Below, in pieces: positions 9,507-19,824 of a DNA stretch of 64,000 nt. The stretch is from an uncultured candidate division Zixibacteria bacterium (GTDB lineage Bacteria > Zixibacteria > MSB-5A5 > UBA10806), in assembly GCA_963801605.1 (NCBI GenBank), contig CAWDFP010000006.1:1760001-1824000 (forward strand), read 5' to 3'. The notes below the pieces were generated by a model. The model did no database searches, was not told the DNA's origin, and saw nothing but the letters and a program-made list of their open reading frames with translations. Made by a program: the position numbers and the translations under genes. Numbering within the stretch: the first letter of the stretch is position 1; each line of letters opens with the position of its first letter.

Positions 9507-11221
9507 TTTTTTAACTCGGAAATTTCTCTCAAAGCCAGCGCCATCCGGGGCAAATCCAGAGTGCTTTTATAAATTGCGTATCTTGGCTCCCACGAAGTGG
9601 CAAATTTGGCCTTGAAATTTTTCAGACCAAGATATCTAAATAGAAAATTCAGGTGCTGAAAGAAAAAATGAATGGCTTTCTCCTCGGCGGTCGGGGCCTC
9701 GCCCTGATGAAAACCGGACATCGGAGCCATTCCCATATTAAATCGCAAATAGCCTTTTTCTTTCAATTGCAGAAACAGCTTAATAAAAATAAAATCCATA
9801 ATTCCGTTAGGGGAATCGGGCGTTCTCCTCATCAGATCAATGGTGGCCTCACCGGGGTAATAGGAGGGTATCAGGTTGGCAAAGGCCAACGGTTGATTGT
9901 TTTTATCAATGGCGATAACCAGGGGAGTTGACTTTATGTAATCAAGGTCGAAAAGTCCCAGCGTGAATTGTCGCTCCCGATGCCCTGGGATATTTAGCCA
10001 TTTATTGGAAATCTCCTTGGTTTTATCGATGATATCATCGGGGATTGGCGGTTCATACGTTTCAAATCGAACTCCCAACTCCTCAACTCGGTTGACTGCC
10101 TGCCTGAGCGATTTATGCGCTTTACCCTCAAGAGAAAAGCCGGTTAAATCGACGATTGCATCGTCTCCCACTTTAAGTTTTCGCAAACCCAATCGCTCGT
10201 AAATCTCTATAAAATCCGCTGTGGTTTGATGTAAAGCAACGCCCCACCCGTTTTGGGCGCAATAGCTGATAAAATCCTGAGTTATCGATTCGATTTCATC
10301 CTCAGGTCCAACCGGATCGCCCAGCGCAACGGCGTAATTAGCCCCCACCCTGTAGGCTATCAGGCTTTTACTGGATTCAGAGAAATAAAGGGTTTTATCG
10401 GGCCAGTATTTGAAATAATCCATCGCCGATCGTCCGTGTTTTTCGACAATCTCCCTGGCCTGCTGTAATTCGCGAGGATGAGTCCTGAATTTGTATATCA
10501 TGGGACGATACAAGGCATAAATTGTATAGGCAATCGCGGTAAGACTCATTACATAAAGAGAATTTATGAACCAGGCCGCGTGACTGGTATAGGCCACAAG
10601 CTGGGGATCTCCAATTAACAGCAGGTATCGAATAGATTCGGCGATAGCGTCATTCCAATGAAAATTATACTGGAAATGCCGTCGTTCGATAAACCAAAAT
10701 CCGGCGGCCCCATACGAAATAGCGATCAGGAGAGCCAATCCGGCTCTGAAAAGCGCTCCGGGGAGTGACTGAATACTGCTTTTAACGTTATAGTATTTCC
10801 GAGTTGCAAACAAAATGAGGATCAGAAATAGGGACAGTAGCGATTCTTCATAATGGAGACCTCGAGTCATATGAAAGATGATCGACAGGATCGAGAGAAT
10901 CAGGACCGTTTGAAAGGCGCGTAATTTGCGTCTGTAAATATTTACCGATGAAATTATTAAAGCAAAACCTATCAAAATGGTAAAGAAACGGGAAAGATGA
11001 ATGAACTCCAACGGCAGGATACCGAGCAAGATATCCAACCTTTGAGGCAGGTGTCGGGCTACTATAGAAAAGAGATTGAGGATTCCGCTTATCAATGTAA
11101 TAAGAGACACCAATCTTACCAGCATCAGCGGTAGGTCGAGAGACTTTTTGCGATGCACAGGATTTACTTCAGTAAGTTCCTGTATTTTGGGCGTCAATGC
11201 GCCGGGCGCTGTTAGTTCCAT
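9503..11221 (-). CDS. mprF: MprF-like aminoacyl-phosphatidylglycerol synthase (short TM region + DUF2156 transferase domain)
   Basis: ALGDPVG, IDLMRR..SPNGIMD, FNMGMAP, GLKNFKAKF..WEPRY motifs. Confidence 0.88.
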   Translation of the reverse strand: MELTAPGALTPKIQELTEVNPVHRKKSLDLPLMLVRLVSLITLISGILNLFSIVARHLPQRLDILLGILPLEFIHLSRFFTILIGFALIISSVNIYRRKLRAFQTVLILSILSIIFHMTRGLHYEESLLSLFLILILFATRKYYNVKSSIQSLPGALFRAGLALLIAISYGAAGFWFIERRHFQYNFHWNDAIAESIRYLLLIGDPQLVAYTSHAAWFINSLYVMSLTAIAYTIYALYRPMIYKFRTHPRELQQAREIVEKHGRSAMDYFKYWPDKTLYFSESSKSLIAYRVGANYAVALGDPVGPEDEIESITQDFISYCAQNGWGVALHQTTADFIEIYERLGLRKLKVGDDAIVDLTGFSLEGKAHKSLRQAVNRVEELGVRFETYEPPIPDDIIDKTKEISNKWLNIPGHRERQFTLGLFDLDYIKSTPLVIAIDKNNQPLAFANLIPSYYPGEATIDLMRRTPDSPNGIMDFIFIKLFLQLKEKGYLRFNMGMAPMSGFHQGEAPTAEEKAIHFFFQHLNFLFRYLGLKNFKAKFATSWEPRYAIYKSTLDLPRMALALREISELKK

Positions 11222-11574
11222 ATTGCCTTTTTGATTTAATACGTTCTCGCTAAGAATTTAGAACCATATTTATGTCGATAAAGCTCCCGATTTGTTTTCA
11301 TTAAAGGAACAAAATTAATAAATTCCTCGTTTTGACTATGAGATTTTCGACAAAAAATGAGACCGCGATAGCTTTATTCGGCCAAATTATGCTTAGATTA
11401 TGGTAATATCATGAATTTTCGGAAAAGTTTCCCTCCCCAAAAACATAAATTACTTGACGAGTGCCCTCTTAATGTAAATATATATAATAAATATTTCGAT
11501 TTTTCCAATATTAAGAGGGATTAATATTTCGTAATCGTAATATTAAATTTAAATTTTAACAAAAAGGAGTTGCT

Positions 11575-12169
11575 ATGCCAATTACCCTGCCGGAACTACC
11601 GTTTTCCAAAGACGCCTTAGAGCCGTATATCAGCGCCAGGACGCTGGAATTTCATCATGATAAACACCATAAGGCTTATGTGGATAACGCCAATAAGTTT
11701 TTGACCGGATCTCCTTTCGAGAAGGAGAATTCCGAGGCTATCATTACCAAAACGGCCAACGATCCCAAACAGATGAGCATCTTTAATAATGTGGCTCAGG
11801 CCTGGAATCATTCTTTCCTCTGGAACTGCATGAAGCAGGGCGGAGGCAAAAAACCAACCGGACCAATTGCTGATCGGATTATGGCTGATTTTGGAAGTTA
11901 CGAAAAGTTTGTCGAGGAAATTAAAAATGCGGGCGCCACCCAATTTGGAAGTGGCTGGGCCTGGCTGGCTCTCGATGGCAACAAATTAAAGGTTTTAAAA
12001 ACCCCCAATGCCGAAAACCCGCTGATCTACGGCATGAAACCGCTTCTGACTATCGATGTATGGGAACATGCTTATTATCTCGATTTCCAAAACCGGAGGC
12101 CCGATTATATCGGCACCTTCGTTGAGATATCTCATAAATTGGGATTTCGTCAATAAGCAGCTCAAATAG
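11575..12169 (+). CDS. sodB: Fe/Mn superoxide dismutase (Fe-type); +1 frameshift near 12127-12130
   Basis: [24 protein letters not shown]; canonical end [12 protein letters not shown] is in the shifted frame. Confidence 0.92.
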
Positions 12170-12197
12170 CTATCTATTATAGGGGCTTAATAAAATG

Positions 12198-12236
12198 AAA
12201 GAGGCGGCATTTTAAGGGTGCCGCCTTTATTATTTA
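12198..12236. terminator. Intrinsic terminator between sodB and GH57-like gene
   Basis: GAGGCGGCAT-loop-GTGCCGCCTT followed by T-rich tract. Confidence 0.75.
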
Positions 12237-12252
12237 TTCAGGTGTAATTTAT

Positions 12253-13521
12253 CTAATCTTTTGCTTCCTCGGCAGGTTTACTGAAGAATCTTTCGAATGG
12301 GATGTTGTTTATTCTCAGGAAGTTTTTCTGCCATTTTTTAAATTCGCCTGCTTTTTCATTTTGCTCAATATCGGCATATAATTTTATCCTTTGTGCGATA
12401 GCAGCCTCTTTGGATTTCAAGCTCGATGATAACAACACAAAAACCGCAATCGCCAGATCGTCGGCAGCCTGCAGAGCATAGGCGCTATTCCACCAGGGAG
12501 TACCGGAAGTCATCAACCAGATGATGCCGGCTGACGCCGAATCGAACATTTCGCGAGCGCGGATATATTGTGGATCGCCTTTGGAACCGGCGTTTTTTAT
12601 CTCAACTGATGCCAGATTAAAGAGCTGCCAGAGAGTGCTTTGAATTGGATTGTCATCATTCTGCCAGAGCAGATACGGTTTGCGCCGTTTCATATCCTGC
12701 GGCCGGGTTTCAGCCGTGCCCTCGGATGCCCTGACGAACTCCTTGCGCTTGATAAATGTGCGTAGCTCGGAGAGAGTTACCTTCTTGAATTTAGCCTCGC
12801 TGTAGAGCGCTTTGACCAGCCCATGCCGTCCTGCATGGCGATACCCGAACGCTTCGGCATCCATAACGGTAATAAAGTATTTATCATTGGCGCATTTTTG
12901 TAGAGCGCTCTGTACATATTCCGCCGCCGATCTTGGCAATTTGCGCGCCCACATAGAGCCCTCAAGCTGGTCGGAAAGCTCACGATGTCTGGGCAGCAGC
13001 ACGACTCCTCCTGCAGATTTGTCCATGTACAGGGTGGAATAACCGGTTGGGCCGCCGTTATAAAAGGATATCTCATCGGTGACTACCCATTTTAAGCCAA
13101 ATCGTGCAGTGGTTTTCGAAACCAATTGCGAATAGGCTAAAAAAGGTGAATACAGCCCGCGAGGTACATAATTTATTCCAAAGTAGCGTTTGCAGATTTT
13201 GTTACTGGCCTCGATCTGGCGGGCGACATCATCCTCATTAAGAAACGGAATAACCGGTTGATACTTGGGGGTCATGGTGAAATCAACCTGACCCTGTTCG
13301 GCCAATTCGGCAATCTTTTTGATAACCTGCCCAAAACCGGTGCGAATCAATAGATCTACAGTGGAACCGGGCAAATTTAGCGAAAATTTGTATTCGGGAT
13401 TATGGGCGAAAATGCGCAAGAGGGGCAAAAAGCTTCGGTTGACGATTTTTTCCAATTCCGCGCGGTCAACATTGGGCGGTTGATACATATTGATCAGATT
13501 GCCCCATAATAAGTTCGCCAT
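12253..13521 (-). CDS. GH57-family (beta/alpha)7 protein with degenerate catalytic motifs
   Basis: W.NL..MYQPP, GQVDFT...YQPVIP, PRGLYSPFLAYS, MDAEAFG resemble GH57 conserved regions. Confidence 0.7.
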   Translation of the reverse strand: MANLLWGNLINMYQPPNVDRAELEKIVNRSFLPLLRIFAHNPEYKFSLNLPGSTVDLLIRTGFGQVIKKIAELAEQGQVDFTMTPKYQPVIPFLNEDDVARQIEASNKICKRYFGINYVPRGLYSPFLAYSQLVSKTTARFGLKWVVTDEISFYNGGPTGYSTLYMDKSAGGVVLLPRHRELSDQLEGSMWARKLPRSAAEYVQSALQKCANDKYFITVMDAEAFGYRHAGRHGLVKALYSEAKFKKVTLSELRTFIKRKEFVRASEGTAETRPQDMKRRKPYLLWQNDDNPIQSTLWQLFNLASVEIKNAGSKGDPQYIRAREMFDSASAGIIWLMTSGTPWWNSAYALQAADDLAIAVFVLLSSSLKSKEAAIAQRIKLYADIEQNEKAGEFKKWQKNFLRINNIPFERFFSKPAEEAKD

Positions 13522-13574
13522 TAATACACCTCTCGTAAAAATCGAATCTTGAAAGCTTTCTTTATCATCACCTT

Positions 13575-13603
13575 AAGTTAGGCCTACAGGGGCAGTTTGT
13601 CAA
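13575..13603 (-). promoter_or_regulatory. Sigma70-like promoter for GH57-like gene
   Basis: Minus strand TTGACA-17 nt-TAACTT. Confidence 0.55.
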
Positions 13604-13758
13604 GGAGGGGGGAGGGGGATGCTACTTTGATTATTTTGTCGGGTTTCTCGTCAAGGAGACTCGGAATTCAATCTACACAATGTTAAAAATTATATTGGCG
13701 CCCAGAGCGCACCTTACACGGGTTGTCAAGATCGTAAGCGTCCCGGCCACTCGGTACG

Positions 13759-15113
13759 CTACGTCCCGGTTAATCCATACTTTTTTAATCGTTTGGAGAG
13801 ATTGCCGCGATCCATTTTCAATATTCTGGCGGCCTCGGCGATGTTACCGTCGGCCTGGCGAAGAGTATCCTCTAAAAGTGCTTTTTCAAAGCGGCTGGCT
13901 TGCTCTCGAAAAGAGATAGGTTTAGCGGATTTTGATTCAGCGGCTTTCGAATCCGAGCCGGCTATAGCATCTTTGATATCGTGATCGGTAAGTAGCTCGC
14001 CCTGAGTCATGGCGGCGGCGCGTTCTATAATATTGCGTAGCTCCCGCACGTTGCCAGGCCAGTTGTATGCGCAGAGAACAGAGATAGCGGTTGGGCTCCA
14101 GACGAAACCTGGCATATCCCAGGGAATCGAGAAAGTGGCGAGCCAGAAGAGGAATATCGTCAGGACGTTCCCGAAGCGGCGGTACCATGACCGGAATTAC
14201 GTTCAGACGGAAATAGAGATCCTCGCGGAATCGTCCCTCTTTAGTTTCATTATGCAAATCCTTGTTTGAGGCCGAGACGATTCTGACATCGATCTTAATC
14301 TCTCGGGTAGAGCCAAGCCGCTGCACTACCGATGATTCTATGGCTCGAAGCAGCTTAGCCTGGTGCTCCGGGCGAAGCTCCGCGACTTCATCGAGAAACA
14401 GAGTGCCCCCATCGGCCAGCTCGAAACGACCCTTTCGGGAGGCCACCGCTCCGGTGAACGCGCCGCGCTCGTGGCCGAAGAGTTCCGATTCGAATAATTC
14501 ACCCGGAATAGCGGCGCAATTAACTGCCACAAACGGCCCGGTAGCTCGATCCGACGAAAAATGCAGGTAACGGGCCGCCATCTCTTTGCCCGCGCCCGGT
14601 TCGCCATAAATGAATACCCGGCTATCGGAAAGGCCGATTCGGGCGAGCTTATCGCGCAACTGCCGCATGGAATCGGATTGACCTATCATATCGTTTTGCA
14701 GGAGAAGTTGTTTGCGAAGTTTGTCGATCTCGGATTCAAGCTCGTACTGTCTGACGGCGTTCTGGGAATCGAGAAGCAGGCTGGCGGGATCGGGCGGTTT
14801 TTCAATGATATTGAAGGCACCCATTCTGGTAGCCTCGATGGCTTTTTTTATCGTTGCCTGCCCGCTCACGATAATCACTGGGGCAGTAACTCCGCTGGCT
14901 TTGAGCTCTTTGAATAGCTCCAGGCCGTCTATGTCCGGGAGTCCCAGATCGAGGATGATAAGATTATAGAAATGCGTTTTGGCGAGTTCCAGCGCCTGGC
15001 CTGCCCGAGCCGGCGCTCTGAGGACTAAATCCGTGATCGCGGTAGAGCGCCGAAAGTGATTCGACAATGGCTTTATCATCATCGATAATTAACACATCAT
15101 AATTTTTTGCCAT
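13759..15113 (-). CDS. Sigma54-dependent NtrC/NtrX-family response regulator (two +1 frameshifts, ~15005 and ~14091)
   Basis: Reconstructed [13 protein letters not shown] receiver start, [34 protein letters not shown] and Fis-type HTH across three frame segments. Confidence 0.88.
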
Positions 15114-15382
15114 GATATATTCTATCCCGAACCGGCAACCATGTCAAATTATTTGGGGATAGTAAGGCATTAAGAACGCATCCGGTTAGTTAAAATATAT
15201 TCTATCCGATGAATCCTATAGGAAGAATTACTTGCATAGAAATGAAATCGGCATTAATTTGGAATCAACTGGAATATTAATTTCGGAGAGTGGGAAATTA
15301 GAGGATTTCTGATAGCATTGATGTTAAATTGTCCGTTGCAGATGAGCCTGTAACGAATTTAAGTTAAGAAAGATCTGAGCAA

Positions 15383-16426
15383 TTGATGACGGGAAATATT
15401 ACATACCGCCTTGCCCTTAAATCCGATTCTCTTGCCTGGGATAATTATGTTGATAGTCATCCCAAGCATACGTTTGCTCATCGCTGGGGATGGTGGCCGA
15501 TTCTCGAGAATTCGTTTGGGGTAAAACCGCGCTATATTATCGCCCAAAGACAGGATAAAATCGAGGGCATATTACCGGCGGTGCTCATGAAAAGCCGTCT
15601 GTTTGGCAAATATATTATCTCATTGCCGTGGCTGGATTATGGTGGGCCGCTGGCTCAAAGCGAGGATGTGGCGGCTGGCTTGGTTGAATTTCTGACTGAG
15701 ATCGCCAGGGAAGAGGATTGCCAGTTCGTGGAGCTTCGAGCGGTCAGGCATCGTATTGAGAATCTACATGAGAAAAATCAAAAATACGCTTTCATTTTCG
15801 ACCTAAATGGTACCGAGGATGATGTTTGGCAATCAATCGATGGTAAAGCCAAAAACCAGGTGCGGAAAGCGGCCAAATCCGGTCTTGAGCTTCAATTTGG
15901 CAAAATCGAGCTTTTGGATGAGTTTTATAAAATATTCTCCTGCAATATGCGTGACTTGGGTACGCCCGTATGGCCTAAATCGCTGTTTACTGAACAATTC
16001 CGCACTTTTCCCGCCGACACCGAAATAGCGTTAGTCAAATTGGGGAATATGCCGATAGCCACGGGTTTGATTATTCACTATCAAGATTATTCCACTGTTC
16101 CGTCAGCATCGGCATACCAGAAATATCTGAATTTAAGTCCCAATAATCTGCTTTACTGGGAAATTATCAAGCATTGCCATAATAGAGGCTCAAAGCAATT
16201 TGATTTTGGAAGAAGCTCCTTAAATGCGGGGACTTTCAAATTTAAGAAGCAATGGGTGAAAAATCCTCAGGAGCAGATCTGGCAATATAAACTCTTAAAG
16301 ACAAAGGAACTTCCTGAGTTAAATCCGTCAAATTCGAAGTTTCGTCTGGCTATCAGTATTTGGAAAAAATTACCGCTTCCTATTGCCAACGCCCTGGGAC
16401 CAAAAATCGTCACCAAGCTGCCTTAA
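15383..16426 (+). CDS. FemAB-like GNAT protein (exosortase/PEP-CTERM EPS-associated type)
   Basis: SRLFG..ISLPWLDYGG, NQVRKAAK, NMRDLGTP, FDFGRS, FKKQW motifs. Confidence 0.85.
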   Translation: MMTGNITYRLALKSDSLAWDNYVDSHPKHTFAHRWGWWPILENSFGVKPRYIIAQRQDKIEGILPAVLMKSRLFGKYIISLPWLDYGGPLAQSEDVAAGLVEFLTEIAREEDCQFVELRAVRHRIENLHEKNQKYAFIFDLNGTEDDVWQSIDGKAKNQVRKAAKSGLELQFGKIELLDEFYKIFSCNMRDLGTPVWPKSLFTEQFRTFPADTEIALVKLGNMPIATGLIIHYQDYSTVPSASAYQKYLNLSPNNLLYWEIIKHCHNRGSKQFDFGRSSLNAGTFKFKKQWVKNPQEQIWQYKLLKTKELPELNPSNSKFRLAISIWKKLPLPIANALGPKIVTKLP

Positions 16427-16493
16427 AATATTAATATTTCTATTTCAGTTTATAGCGGATAAATTGGGAATAACTTTTCTCAGGCTTATTTAA

Positions 16494-16977
16494 TTATTCG
16501 TCTATCCTGAATTTGGAATCGGCCATGTTTTCATGCCTGATCTCATCGACCGGCTGGCTTTTACCCGGACCGGCATAAAGCTTATCAGGCGCGTTGAATA
16601 CCAGGCCGTCAATCGATCCGATATTCTTGTAGGCATGCACCACTCCGGGCGGGACGATCACCGCGGTCATCACATCTTCGCCAAATTCATAGTGGCACTT
16701 CGCGCCATAGGACAGCGATCCCGGCCTGTTGTCCCATAAATAGAGCCTGAACGTTGACGGCCCCATAAAGCAGAAGAAATCGGATTGCTCCCGATGTTCA
16801 TGGGGTCCTCTGGTGATACCCGGCTTAGTCATTGAAATATAGCTCATGGCCGGGATAAAGCCCTCAGGCAGTTCATCGCTTCTGAACAACTCGGCCAGCC
16901 AACCGCGGGAGTCGAAATGCTTGTTTATGGGGGTAATGATTACTCCCGGGATTTCGCATTTTATCGTAATAGGTCAC
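16494..16977 (-). CDS. rfbC: dTDP-4-dehydrorhamnose 3,5-epimerase family (start uncertain: GTG at 16977 needing a frameshift, or in-frame ATT at 16970)
   Basis: HFDSRGWLAELF upstream of the called ORF, RGPHEH, IVPPGVVHAY cupin; last gene of rfb cluster. Confidence 0.85.
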
Positions 16978-17851
16978 CTCGGTTAGAATCCAGGAATTCA
17001 TAAAGCATGGGCCGAAAATGCCGCATGCTATTTAGCCCCAAATCCTTCAGACGTTTATTTTCTAAAGATGAATACCGCGGCCGTTTAGCCGGACGGGGGT
17101 ATTCATCGGTTGTACACGGCATTACTTCAACATCCAGTTTTAAGTAATCGAAAATATCTCTGGCGAACTGATACCACGATGTTTCACCCTCGGCGGTGCT
17201 ATGATAGATACCGTCCAGTTCATGCTCTATCATTATCTCAGTTTGCTTAACAACATCACTGGTCCAGGTTGGGTTTCCAATTTGGTCATTAACTATAGTT
17301 AATGGTTTTACCGGCGCCCCTTTTTGTTTATCGTTTAACTGATTTAATCCAGCCTTGATGATTGTTTTCGGGAAGTTCTTTCCTTTGGCGCCGTAAAGCC
17401 AGGCAATTCGTAAAATGCAGTATTTTTCCAGAGATTCGGCGATATATTTTTCAGCGGCAAGTTTGCTTTGCCCGTAAACTGTTTGAGGACAGGGTGTATC
17501 GGTTTCGATATAGGGCGAGGTCTTGTTGCCATCGAATATGTAATCGGTCGAATAGAATATTAGCCTGGCGCCGATTTCGTTGCACAACATCGCGATATTT
17601 TTGGTCACAATAGCGTTGGATTCCACAGCCATTTCTACATTGCTTTCGCAGCCATCGACATCGGTATAGGCAGCGGGATGAATTACAATGTCGGGCCTGA
17701 GGCTTTTGATGTATTCCGAAAGTCTGGCATTGTTTCGAAGATCAAGATCATTAATATCGATGCCTTTAATATCGTATTTTGACGATAGTCCAACCATTAA
17801 ATCAGAACCAAGTTGACCCTGGCAACCGGTCAGGAGAACCTTATAAGGCAT
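16961..17851 (-). CDS. rfbD: dTDP-4-dehydrorhamnose reductase
   Basis: [37 protein letters not shown]. Confidence 0.95.
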   Translation of the reverse strand: MPYKVLLTGCQGQLGSDLMVGLSSKYDIKGIDINDLDLRNNARLSEYIKSLRPDIVIHPAAYTDVDGCESNVEMAVESNAIVTKNIAMLCNEIGARLIFYSTDYIFDGNKTSPYIETDTPCPQTVYGQSKLAAEKYIAESLEKYCILRIAWLYGAKGKNFPKTIIKAGLNQLNDKQKGAPVKPLTIVNDQIGNPTWTSDVVKQTEIMIEHELDGIYHSTAEGETSWYQFARDIFDYLKLDVEVMPCTTDEYPRPAKRPRYSSLENKRLKDLGLNSMRHFRPMLYEFLDSNRGDLLR

Positions 17852-18737
17852 CGTCGACTTCCTCGATAACCTTAAGAAGATACTGCTTGTATTCATTATT
17901 GGCCATGTTGGCGGCTAATTCCTGAACCTGTTTACGATTTATGAATCGCATTCTATAGGCTATTTCCTCGATACAAGCTATTTTCAGGCCCTGCCTTTTT
18001 TCGATCGTCGCTATGAAATTGCTGGCATCGAGCATACTCTCATGAGTGCCGGTATCGAGCCAGGCAATGCCCCGTCCAAGTTTCACAACTTTCAGTTTTC
18101 CCTGTTCCAGATAGGCCTTGTTGACATCGGTAATTTCAAGTTCGCCTCTGCCTGACGGTTTGAGATTCCTGACGATATCGATGACGCTATTATCATAAAT
18201 ATATAACCCGGTGACCGCATAGTTCGATTTGGGGACTTTAGGTTTTTCCTCAATCGAAATTACGCGGCCCATATCGTCAAACTCGACAACTCCGTAGCGT
18301 TCGGGGTCTTTAACATAATATCCGAAAACCATGGCGCCGGTTCTGAAATCAGTTGCTTCGCGTAGAAAATTATAGGAGCCATAGAAAATGTTATCTCCTA
18401 GAATTAAAACGACATTATCTTTTCCGATAAATTCCTCACCGAGTAAAAAAGCCTGAGCGATACCGGCGGGACGCTCCTGAACTTTATATGTAATATTGAG
18501 GCCAAGTTTATGACCATCGGAAAGAAGTTCTTCATAACGGCGAATATCGGTGGGTGTCGAAATCAGGAGTATTTCCGTTACGCCGGCCATTATAAGCGTC
18601 GAGAGGGGATAGTACACCATGGGCTTGTCATACACCGGCAAAAGCTGCTTACTGGCGACCTGGGTGACCGGATATAGTCGGGTTCCACTTCCGCCCGCCA
18701 GAATTATTCCTTTATTCAAAGGCCCGCTCATTGACAC
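17841..18737 (-). CDS. rfbA: Glucose-1-phosphate thymidylyltransferase
   Basis: [38 protein letters not shown]. Confidence 0.97.
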   Translation of the reverse strand: MSMSGPLNKGIILAGGSGTRLYPVTQVASKQLLPVYDKPMVYYPLSTLIMAGVTEILLISTPTDIRRYEELLSDGHKLGLNITYKVQERPAGIAQAFLLGEEFIGKDNVVLILGDNIFYGSYNFLREATDFRTGAMVFGYYVKDPERYGVVEFDDMGRVISIEEKPKVPKSNYAVTGLYIYDNSVIDIVRNLKPSGRGELEITDVNKAYLEQGKLKVVKLGRGIAWLDTGTHESMLDASNFIATIEKRQGLKIACIEEIAYRMRFINRKQVQELAANMANNEYKQYLLKVIEEVDDAL

Positions 18738-18744
18738 TCCTTAT

Positions 18745-19809
18745 TTATCGCTCATGATATTGTTTGGCGTAATACTCCAGATATTTGCCGCTGATACAGC
18801 TATAGAGCCATTCCTCATTGTCGAGATACCAATTGACTGTTTTAAGCAATCCTTCCTCAAACGAATAACTCGGTTTCCAGCCAAGCTCCGTTTCGATCAA
18901 AGAAGCGTCTATGGCATATCGTCGGTCATGCCCGAGACGGTCTTTAACGTAGGTTATCAGGCTCTGGCGGTTTTTATCACCCTTGATCCGATCGATTATC
19001 CGGCATATATCACTAACTATTTGGATATTTTCTATCTCGTTGCGTCCGCCGATATTATATGTTTCCCCCGATTTGCCTTTTTGAAAAACCAAATCCAGGG
19101 CGCTGCAATGATCCTCGACGAATAACCAGTCCCGAATATTTTTGCCGTCACCATAAACCGGAATAGGAATTCCAGCCATGGCATTTCTAATTACCAGGGG
19201 AATGAGCTTTTCGGGAAATTGATAGGGTCCATAGTTATTGGAGCAGTTGGTAGTGACTGTATCGAGGCCGTAGGTATGATGATAAGCGCGCACCAGATGA
19301 TCTGCGGATGCCTTAGAGGCTGAATAGGGGGAATTAGGATTATAAGGCGTTGATTCCGTAAAATATCCGGTTGTGCCAAGCGAGCCAAATACCTCGTCGG
19401 TCGATACTTGATGGAATCTAAAACCCTTACCAGCGGCAGTGATTATTCGGGCAATCTCCAATAAGTTAAAGGTCCCCAGAATATTGGTGGTGATAAATTC
19501 AGCAGGACCGATTATCGAGCGGTCCACGTGAGATTCGGCGGCCAGATGAATAACTCCGTCAATCTCATATTTGTTAAAGCAGTTTTGAAGGCTATCGAAA
19601 TCGCGAATATCGATTTTCTCAAAAATGTAATTCCGGGAAACTTCAATCGGTTTAAGATTAGAAAGATTACCGGCATAAGTTAGCATATCGATATTGACAA
19701 ACAGGTTTTCGGGATAGCGAGGCACCAAATATAAAAGCAGGTTGCTTCCTATAAAGCCCGCCCCGCCTGTAATTGCTATCCGCCTTTTAAATTGACTAAT
19801 GTCTTTCAT
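18745..19809 (-). CDS. rfbB: dTDP-glucose 4,6-dehydratase
   Basis: TGGAGFIGS, HLAAESHVDRSI, STDEVFG, YSASK, GHDRRY. Confidence 0.97.
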   Translation of the reverse strand: MKDISQFKRRIAITGGAGFIGSNLLLYLVPRYPENLFVNIDMLTYAGNLSNLKPIEVSRNYIFEKIDIRDFDSLQNCFNKYEIDGVIHLAAESHVDRSIIGPAEFITTNILGTFNLLEIARIITAAGKGFRFHQVSTDEVFGSLGTTGYFTESTPYNPNSPYSASKASADHLVRAYHHTYGLDTVTTNCSNNYGPYQFPEKLIPLVIRNAMAGIPIPVYGDGKNIRDWLFVEDHCSALDLVFQKGKSGETYNIGGRNEIENIQIVSDICRIIDRIKGDKNRQSLITYVKDRLGHDRRYAIDASLIETELGWKPSYSFEEGLLKTVNWYLDNEEWLYSCISGKYLEYYAKQYHER

Positions 19810-19824
19810 GCTTTCCCAATATCG

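Noticed and set aside
13695..13760. tRNA-like element ending GGGCGCCA on the minus strand
   Set aside because: No T-loop (TTCRA) or D-arm; does not fold as a cloverleaf
14507..14518. 12-bp match (AATAGCGGCGCA) to the tRNA-Met 3' end at 23507-23518, suggesting attL/attR
   Set aside because: It lies in the conserved NCAAIP coding motif of the sigma54 activator, and no integrase is present
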